Positions 25,840-32,168 of a DNA stretch of 32,168 nucleotides are shown one piece after another. The translations under genes were made by a program, and so were the position numbers. A model generated the notes under the pieces. It saw only the letters and a program-made list of their open reading frames with translations, ran no database searches and had not been told where the DNA came from. The stretch is from a virus (Duplodnaviria > Caudoviricetes), in IMG/VR virus record IMGVR_UViG_3300032243_001666, positions 1 to 32,168 of that record, one strand, 5' to 3'. Each line of letters opens with the position of its first letter. Position 1 is the stretch's first letter.

Positions 25840-26735
25840 AATTTATTACCTATTATTCTACCTTTGGGCGTTCTAGTTACAAATCCTTCTCTCACCAAAA
25901 ACGGCTCAATGCTATTTTCTATAGTTTCAATAGCTATTCCGCTAAGTGATGATATACTTTTAAGACCCAAAGCATTACCTTTAGCTTTTGTTAAAACTTC
26001 TAAATATAGTCTATCATAGACATCTAGACCTCTACTATCAATACCCTGACTATTAAATACTTCATCAATAGTTACCATCTTATTTGGATAAAAAGCTGTA
26101 TAATTTTTATACCATTGTAGTCTTGCATTTAAAATACGCGGAGTTCCTTTGCTTCTTTTTGCTATCTCTAAAAGATGCTCATCAGAAATAATTAGTCCGA
26201 GTTTTTTTGCGTTCGACCCTGCTAGTTTGGCTAACTCATCGGGAGTATAGAAAGATAAATGTTCTTTAATAGTGAATCTATCATAGAATGGTTGACTTAA
26301 ACTACCGCCACTAGTTGTTGCTCCAACCAAAGTAAACATTGGAAGATCAATCTTCTCTGGCTTATCCTCTACTGTGATGTTTAACACAAAATCTTCCATC
26401 ACAGGATATAGAAATTCTTCTACAATCTTGGGTAGTCTATGAATTTCATCAATAAATAATACTGATCGCGGAGCAATTCCCATTAGGTATGGTAGAATAT
26501 TTTTAATGCTCCGTACATTAGCCGCATTAACCACATGAAGGTTTACGTTGAGTTCGTTGGCTATAGCACCCGCTATGGTAGTTTTACCAAGGCCGGGAGG
26601 GCCGTCTATTAAAACGTGAGGCATCACACCCTCAGAGTTTAAACAGCCATGCACCATGATGCGTAGACGATTCACAACATCTGCTTGACCTATTACATCA
26701 TCAAATTTAGATGGACGAATAACATTATTAGACAT
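25836..26735 (-). CDS. ruvB: Holliday junction branch-migration AAA+ motor RuvB
   Basis: IRPSKFDDVIGQ, GPPGLGKTT, LFIDEIHRL, LYPVMEDF, GATT, DRF, GTPRI, EPFL..GF..RTPKGR. Confidence 0.95.
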   Translation of the reverse strand: MSNNVIRPSKFDDVIGQADVVNRLRIMVHGCLNSEGVMPHVLIDGPPGLGKTTIAGAIANELNVNLHVVNAANVRSIKNILPYLMGIAPRSVLFIDEIHRLPKIVEEFLYPVMEDFVLNITVEDKPEKIDLPMFTLVGATTSGGSLSQPFYDRFTIKEHLSFYTPDELAKLAGSNAKKLGLIISDEHLLEIAKRSKGTPRILNARLQWYKNYTAFYPNKMVTIDEVFNSQGIDSRGLDVYDRLYLEVLTKAKGNALGLKSISSLSGIAIETIENSIEPFLVREGFVTRTPKGRIIGNKL

Positions 26736-26740
26736 AAAAG

Positions 26741-27130
26741 TTAATTCCTCAAGGACTCCAAAGTTTGTTTTACCAAAGTTCCAAAATCATCAACAGGATT
26801 GTTTATATAAGAAGCATTAATTAATTCTGATGCTTCTGTTTTAGTAAATCCGTAGCTAACCAGTAGTGTAACTGATTTTTCTAGTAATTCCACTGGAATT
26901 TTAGGGATTTCTACAAGTTTAGGCTTAACAGACTTAAACTTTAGCTGAAATCCAACTACTCTTTTTACCTTAAATACTTCTCCACAGTCACATACTATTT
27001 TAAAATTAATAGTTGATGCTTCTTTATATGAAAGCCAATGATCCTGAGAACACTGGGGACATCTATATTTTATATGAATATCTTGATCAATCGGTTTCTG
27101 GAGTTTCTTTTTCGTTTTCATTATTTTCAT
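26741..27130 (-). CDS. Zinc ribbon fused to a RuvA C-terminal (domain III)-like domain
   Basis: CPQC..CDCGEVF zinc ribbon; C-terminal SVTLLVSYGFTKTEASELI..TLVKQTL resembles RuvA domain III (AVAALVALGYKPQEAS..TLIREAL); directly upstream of ruvB. Confidence 0.75.
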   Translation of the reverse strand: MKIMKTKKKLQKPIDQDIHIKYRCPQCSQDHWLSYKEASTINFKIVCDCGEVFKVKRVVGFQLKFKSVKPKLVEIPKIPVELLEKSVTLLVSYGFTKTEASELINASYINNPVDDFGTLVKQTLESLRN

Positions 27131-27521
27131 TTACCCAAAAGATAAAATCATTACGCTCTTCATCAAAAGCGCTTTCCAATAATCCATCATTCACAAGTTT
27201 ATTTAAAATATTACTAACCATTCTGCTATTAAAAGACTCTAACATTTCAGTTAAAATTTTATCATTAATATAATATCTAATAGCTTTGGTTTTTTTATTA
27301 ATTTTCTTTTTCAGAAAATTCTTAGCAATAATCTCACATTCAGAAAAAGATAACATAGCATCCATTTCTTCTTCTTCTGTAGGAGTAAGTCTAGCTATAA
27401 GTCCAGTAAAAGAATCAGATGCGTTTTGATTTACTTCTCCAAAGAACTTAAAGACTAATCTTCTAGCATGATCAATAAAAGAAGGCAAGTCCTTTACAAT
27501 ATACCATCCATTATTTTCCAT
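27087..27521 (-). CDS. Hypothetical protein, possible winged-helix C-terminus
   Basis: 144 aa; ILNKLVNDGLLE followed by a putative beta hairpin. Confidence 0.7.
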   Translation of the reverse strand: MENNGWYIVKDLPSFIDHARRLVFKFFGEVNQNASDSFTGLIARLTPTEEEEMDAMLSFSECEIIAKNFLKKKINKKTKAIRYYINDKILTEMLESFNSRMVSNILNKLVNDGLLESAFDEERNDFIFWVNENNENEKETPETD

Positions 27522-27759
27522 TGTTGTCTTCTTTTTTAAGATGTTGTTTTAGTAAAGTATTTTCAAAATTACATTTGGCAAAATCTGGTATTTGATGTAA
27601 GGTAATGATGTAGCGAATATTATTATTCTCATCCTCCATTCTTACCCAATCAATTTTATGACATTTACTTATACTATCTGCCAATTCATAGGCCAGAAAT
27701 GGTGTTTCTGATAGTATACTAGAAACATAAAAAATAGCAAATAAAAATGTTACAAGCAT
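27511..27759 (-). CDS. Small signal-peptide/TM protein
   Basis: 82 aa, hydrophobic N-terminus, AAGGA RBS. Confidence 0.65.
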   Translation of the reverse strand: MLVTFLFAIFYVSSILSETPFLAYELADSISKCHKIDWVRMEDENNNIRYIITLHQIPDFAKCNFENTLLKQHLKKEDNNGK

Positions 27760-27773
27760 ATCCTTATGCTCCT

Positions 27774-28187
27774 TTAATTTAAGATCTCAAACATACCTTT
27801 ATAATAAAGCGGCTGCTGTATAAAGTGAACTGCATGATTTTTAATATGGTTCTTATACTCTATATCTATCCTATCTTCTACGAAATATTTGCTCTTCCAA
27901 ACTTGTTCTTGATACTGGTTGTTCCCAACATACAAAGGAGTATTTAACTCTCCAGTGTATGATGGAACAAACCCAGTCATAGGTAACGAAACACTTTTCC
28001 AATCAATCTTTTTTGGTGGAGTATTTTTAATCATATCTTCTATTGCATTTTTAATCCAGTCTGATAATGGAGTACTATCAACATAAAATTTAAAATAAAA
28101 TTTATCTAAATTTGACTTATTCTGATCATAGTGGTGACTATCATCATAGTTATCTTCATAGTAATCATCATCATATGGTTCGTGCAT
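27774..28187 (-). CDS. Hypothetical protein with an acidic Asp/Tyr N-terminus
   Basis: 137 aa ORF beginning HEPYDDDYYEDNYDD. Confidence 0.7.
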   Translation of the reverse strand: MHEPYDDDYYEDNYDDSHHYDQNKSNLDKFYFKFYVDSTPLSDWIKNAIEDMIKNTPPKKIDWKSVSLPMTGFVPSYTGELNTPLYVGNNQYQEQVWKSKYFVEDRIDIEYKNHIKNHAVHFIQQPLYYKGMFEILN

Positions 28188-28215
28188 ATAAATATTTATC
28201 TTTTTAATAGAAAAA

Positions 28216-28298
28216 TAAGCAGGAGGGAATCGAACCCTCTCAATTAGCGTATGCTTTATAGCTAGAGGCTAATATCTTTAGTCACCAGACTCCACTTT
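28216..28298 (-). ncRNA. tRNA-like element or degenerate tRNA
   Basis: Canonical T arm GAGGG-TTCGATT-CCCTC, weak acceptor AAGTGG/CTGCTT, mini D arm AGTC-TGGT-GACT, atypical anticodon arm ATTAGC..GCTAAT; no CCA. Confidence 0.55.
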
Positions 28299-28308
28299 CT
28301 ATTTACAA

Positions 28309-29172
28309 TTAGTACTGATCATCCTCAAAATCTGCATCGTCCTCATATTCTTCATCATCCTCATCCTCATCAAACTGATTCCAGTAACCTTCTTCACTGG
28401 TGTAATCTTCGTCCTCATCCTCATAGTCATCCTGACTAAAATCAGCACAATACAGGGGCTTTAGAAGTTCACCCTCATATTCTCCAACAACTTCATATCG
28501 GCATGTGCGAAGTTTTTCGCAGTTGCAATCGCTTGGAACACTCACAACATCTTTAGGATTAATCTTAACAATAACAATCTTATCACCAGATTCTAGGCTA
28601 CCATAACCAGCAACATAGTTCAAAGCACCAGCATGAAGACCATCAGAGCATCCTCTGGCACGATTGTCATCAACTTTTGCTCGTTGCATAGTACAAATCT
28701 GACCAACACGATTATCAAAAACCCCACGATACTTATCCTTATAATCACTTCTTACTGCCTTATAAGCCAAAAAGTGGCCGTCCTCAGTAATTGGCAGATG
28801 CTCATGTTCAAGGAAATCATAAAGTTCCTTCTGACTCTGCATACTAGGATTTTCCATGATATTATTCAGGAAATTAACGAGGGGTTGGAACGGTAGTCCC
28901 TTGCTCATAAACTCTAGAATTCTTTTGCTAATTGATCCATGAACAGGCTCACCTTCATAAAGAACCTGACCATTCTTAATCTCCACAAGACCATCACTAA
29001 AAGTAGCAACGGCTTTTTGAACATCAACAACCTCCAACAGTTCCTCTGCCGTAGCAGAGGGAAGTTTTTCCAGAATCAACTTATAGTTGATATGATCTGG
29101 CAACACCTGATAACTCTGATTATTTAGAACCAGCGTCAAATTACCATCCACGAACATAAACGGAACAGCCAT
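28309..29172 (-). CDS. rIIB: T4 RIIB-like protein
   Basis: LYDFL..LPITEDGHFLAYKAV..DY.D, M.R.KVDDN..CSDGLH, VKINPKDVVSVP..K.R.CRYEV; downstream of rIIA. Confidence 0.9.
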   Translation of the reverse strand: MAVPFMFVDGNLTLVLNNQSYQVLPDHINYKLILEKLPSATAEELLEVVDVQKAVATFSDGLVEIKNGQVLYEGEPVHGSISKRILEFMSKGLPFQPLVNFLNNIMENPSMQSQKELYDFLEHEHLPITEDGHFLAYKAVRSDYKDKYRGVFDNRVGQICTMQRAKVDDNRARGCSDGLHAGALNYVAGYGSLESGDKIVIVKINPKDVVSVPSDCNCEKLRTCRYEVVGEYEGELLKPLYCADFSQDDYEDEDEDYTSEEGYWNQFDEDEDDEEYEDDADFEDDQY

Positions 29173-29197
29173 AATCCAACTCCTAAAAATTAAAGTT

Positions 29198-29245
29198 TCG
29201 ATACCTGTGATACTGTCATTTTACACTAATCGGCAAGCTTGTCAA
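29198..29245 (-). promoter_or_regulatory. Sigma-70-like early promoter of rIIB
   Basis: TTGACA-16 bp-TAAAAT with TTGCCGAT in the spacer and ATCACAGG at the predicted +1; AGGAG RBS downstream. Confidence 0.75.
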
Positions 29246-29266
29246 GGGGTCTTGAACAATTTCTGA

Positions 29267-31948
29267 CTACTTGATCAAACTACTCAACTGAATCTTAAAT
29301 AGGTCAATATTTTCCTGGCTCATCTGCTCGACCCAATCCCTACTCTGCTTTCCATAGTATGAACGATCTTCGATAATAGGATTCTGACTAGACTTAAGAT
29401 CTGTCAGATTACCAGAGACTTGATGATTGCCCATAATAAGTTTCAGCATAGGATTCTTATCTACCTCAGTCTTAATCTTTTCCCTAATCTCAGAGATTTT
29501 CCATGTTTTAATATCTTGAGTAGAAGTTCCACGAATAATTTTGATAAAACCTTCTGCCTTGTCTGTATTCGGCACACAATACAAATGATCAGTAATCATA
29601 CGTGTCAAAGTATTATAGGCCAAATTGGCATTACGAATCTCTTTACTGTCAACATCTTCAATCCCAGCCTCTTTCATAAGCTTAGAGATATGAGAAAGAT
29701 ATTCTGTTTGACTGAATCTTGGAATATTAAAAGGACTGATATGAACAGTATGTGCAAAGAACTCTGTTAGCATTGTTTTATTCAAACAATCAACAAGAGT
29801 CTTATTGCCAATAAACTTGTCATAATCTAGACCAAAGATATTCAGAATATGAAACATAAACTGCTTATCCGTTGTTCCGTGCTGATAATATCTGTATCCT
29901 CCACCATTCTTCTCTTCTGTTGCATAATCCTTCTTGCAATATTCAACAAGCTTGTTGATAGAACCAAGATTCTTAAAGTGCTTTTGTGTTACAATTTTGA
30001 GTTGACGCTTCAAAAAGTCATTAAAGTTAACAAGATTATAGCCATCTTTCTCAAGCTTTTTAACGAAAGCTGTTTTAATAGCATAAATCTTACTATTGCC
30101 AACCAAATCCTTGACTATGCTCTTCAGAGTATCTTCTTGGAGAGTTCTAGTAATGCTACAAATCTCTGGACAACCAGACTCAGATTCTGTTCCATATCTC
30201 AACATGGGGACATAAACAATCTCATCTTGTTCCAGAAAATCTTCCAGTTGTTCTTCTGAAAGAATTCTAAGATATGTAGCATCATTATAAGGATTCGTAA
30301 TCTGCTTGCTATCCTTATCATAACCATGAATAAAGAATACGTCTTGATCGCTAACGCTACCATTAGAATTTCTATTGTAAGACTTTCTTGGTCCAGAACT
30401 TTGTGTCAGATGCTTATAGTCTGAAACCTTGAGCAGATTTTCAGCCCCAACATCTTCAATCAATTGATCAAAACCTTCTCCGCTTTTTGTATGATCCTTA
30501 GTATCAATTAATAGGTATGCAAAGCAATCATTTGTATTACAGTACCTTGTAAGAATTTTCTTGGCAGTCTCTTCACCCTTAACGTCACACACAAAGAAAC
30601 TCATCGGACCTTTCTTCTTCTGGTTATTCCAATAACTATAGCCTTTACCAGTAAGAGTTTCGTGATGAATCTTATCTGTCAGAGCAACCATTCTACGAGA
30701 ACGAAATCCAGCAGTCTTGTAATTAAAAACATACAGACTCTTGCCCGCAGGAATTTTATATTCCAAGTCATTGCCAGAGTTGATAGGATGATCTTTGCCC
30801 TTTGGATCAGTCCAAGTAGCACCAACACCCCAGCCGCCAGCCAATTCATTCATAGTGTAGTATGAAGTAATTGCCTCTACCTTATTCTGAGCAGATTTAA
30901 TCTTCTTGGAGAATTCTTCCTTCATTTCCATGTAAATTTCTTGGGTCTTTTTACGCAGCGTCTTGATCACATCTTTAGTATACTGCAATCCTTCACGACT
31001 TACATCCATCTCAAGTTGACCGATATTAAAATCCAACTCAAGATAAAGACCAGAATTAATGATCTCGCTCACGAAGCTCTTCCAAGAATCAATGTCTGCT
31101 TTTTGGAAAGCTCTATTCCACTTCTGAATATGATCGGGCATCTCCTCCTTTTCTTGACCCACAATCTGTGCGGTCTGAACAGGATACGCGATATTACCCA
31201 TGATAGCAATAACACCACTATCAATGTGGTGATAGTTACTAGGATAGTATTGATTGTCATTATTCAACCTACAAACTCTCCACCCATCACCACTAATAAC
31301 AATATTAGTATTGCTATACTTATGATCTTGTAGATTATTTCCAATACCACCTTCAATAATAGGTTTCATGCGGAAATAATGGAAGATTCTCTTAGCCTTA
31401 TCTGTAAACTCTTGGAAGTCATACTGTTTAACAGCAAAACTAATCTCAAGACCATTAGGCTCAGATGTATCAGAAGTATTAAAAAGATTGAGGGTAGGAA
31501 CACCGCTCTCATCAATCGCCGCAATATAAGTATATTTCTTACCATTATAATAAGATGCTGTGGTGAAACTCTTGGTATAAGCAAATGGACTCTTAGACCC
31601 TAGACCAAGACAACCCACAAAATCATTGCTATTGTTCTTGTTGGACGCTCCATAGGTTGTGTACAAGTCCTCCATATCATGCTGACTAAGACCAGTACCA
31701 TAATCCCTAACCATAAAGGTAGGATTGGCAGCAGTGGGGAGGGTCACTTTAAAGGGATTTTTATTGCCAGCAGAAATATGACTATCATAAGCATTGGTAG
31801 ATAGTTCACGAATAGCTGCCATAACCTTATCAGAATAAAGAGAATCTGAAAGGATTTTAAACATCTTGCTCGTCTGAGCAATATTGAACTGATTCCTGCT
31901 TGCAACTCCAACGCTGTGAGTCTCAATCGTCCTATCTGCCAACTTCAT
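29267..31948 (-). CDS. rIIA: T4 RIIA-like protein with an N-terminal GHKL/Hsp90-type ATPase
   Basis: LYSDK..AIRELSTNAYDSH, RDYGTGL, GCLGLGSKSPFAY and SREGL; upstream of rIIB. Confidence 0.9.
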   Translation of the reverse strand: MKLADRTIETHSVGVASRNQFNIAQTSKMFKILSDSLYSDKVMAAIRELSTNAYDSHISAGNKNPFKVTLPTAANPTFMVRDYGTGLSQHDMEDLYTTYGASNKNNSNDFVGCLGLGSKSPFAYTKSFTTASYYNGKKYTYIAAIDESGVPTLNLFNTSDTSEPNGLEISFAVKQYDFQEFTDKAKRIFHYFRMKPIIEGGIGNNLQDHKYSNTNIVISGDGWRVCRLNNDNQYYPSNYHHIDSGVIAIMGNIAYPVQTAQIVGQEKEEMPDHIQKWNRAFQKADIDSWKSFVSEIINSGLYLELDFNIGQLEMDVSREGLQYTKDVIKTLRKKTQEIYMEMKEEFSKKIKSAQNKVEAITSYYTMNELAGGWGVGATWTDPKGKDHPINSGNDLEYKIPAGKSLYVFNYKTAGFRSRRMVALTDKIHHETLTGKGYSYWNNQKKKGPMSFFVCDVKGEETAKKILTRYCNTNDCFAYLLIDTKDHTKSGEGFDQLIEDVGAENLLKVSDYKHLTQSSGPRKSYNRNSNGSVSDQDVFFIHGYDKDSKQITNPYNDATYLRILSEEQLEDFLEQDEIVYVPMLRYGTESESGCPEICSITRTLQEDTLKSIVKDLVGNSKIYAIKTAFVKKLEKDGYNLVNFNDFLKRQLKIVTQKHFKNLGSINKLVEYCKKDYATEEKNGGGYRYYQHGTTDKQFMFHILNIFGLDYDKFIGNKTLVDCLNKTMLTEFFAHTVHISPFNIPRFSQTEYLSHISKLMKEAGIEDVDSKEIRNANLAYNTLTRMITDHLYCVPNTDKAEGFIKIIRGTSTQDIKTWKISEIREKIKTEVDKNPMLKLIMGNHQVSGNLTDLKSSQNPIIEDRSYYGKQSRDWVEQMSQENIDLFKIQLSSLIK

Positions 31949-31969
31949 CGTTATTCTCCAAAAGTGTTA

Positions 31970-32017
31970 TCGTTCCTGTGATGGCTCAAGTATACCATCG
32001 GCAAATCGTCTTGTCAA
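31970..32017 (-). promoter_or_regulatory. Sigma-70-like early promoter of rIIA
   Basis: TTGACA-17 bp-TATACT with TTGCCGAT in the spacer and ATCACAGG at the predicted +1; GGAG RBS. Confidence 0.8.
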
Positions 32018-32168
32018 GCACCACTTTTCTTTTGTTGTCTGTCTGAGATTATTTTAAACCCGATGGCTATGTCTATCAGACCCAAAACTTTTAAAAAGAC
32101 CACAGGCAGAGTAAACGTCATACCTCCAACAAATATGCAGAGCAATCCCATGATCCACACAAAAAAAA
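32014..32168 (-). CDS. Membrane protein, 3' end only
   Basis: Hand translation ..FFVWIMGLLCIFVGGMTFTLPVVFLKVLGLIDIAIGFKIISDRQQKKSGA*; the stop overlaps the rIIA -35 box. Confidence 0.6.
   Translation of the reverse strand, partial: FFVWIMGLLCIFVGGMTFTLPVVFLKVLGLIDIAIGFKIISDRQQKKSGA

Noticed and set aside
26741-27130. Canonical or frameshifted ruvA
   Set aside because: The upstream sequence is occupied by another intact ORF and no OB-fold or HhH motifs were found; the zinc ribbon is in frame with the C-terminal domain.
28255-28275. CTCTA read as a CUA amber-suppressor anticodon implying recoding
   Set aside because: The loop geometry is not canonical, and TAG terminates several complete genes here, so there is no sign of stop-codon reassignment.
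28309-28430. Tandem tcatcc-like DNA repeat
   Set aside because: Explained by the Asp/Glu-rich coding tail of RIIB.
656-31926. All plus-strand ORFs and nested alternative-frame minus ORFs in the track
   Set aside because: They lie inside well-supported minus-strand genes and lack motifs or RBSs; they are shadow ORFs.
1-32168. CRISPR array, integrase or IS element
   Set aside because: No regularly spaced repeats, recombinase or transposase motifs were seen.

Overview
AT-rich segment of a large, probably lytic, tailed bacteriophage genome. All credible genes lie on the minus strand and are tightly packed, many with ATGA overlaps, in the standard genetic code. In transcription order (right to left): T4-like rIIA/rIIB; a degenerate tRNA-like element; an apparent operon of zinc-ribbon/RuvA-domain-III fusion, RuvB, a single-TM protein, a volactin-like actin ATPase and an HNH nuclease; a trypsin-like protease; two tail-fibre-like genes, one of them GC-shifted; macrodomain, three glycosyltransferases, NDT-like, SET-domain and GMP reductase genes; bacterioferritin-like, sigma-70, Nudix-like, ClpP and DeoC-like genes, three of which appear to have lost catalytic residues; a membrane-protein cluster with a holin-like gene and a papain-like peptidase; dCMP deaminase; and a partial nrdB. 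Two promoter classes are visible: sigma-70-like TTGACA/TANNNT and a recurring GGTGTAT motif. The best candidate for an undescribed system is the RuvA_C/RuvB/membrane anchor/actin/HNH module. All family calls come from motif recognition by eye; no database search was run.
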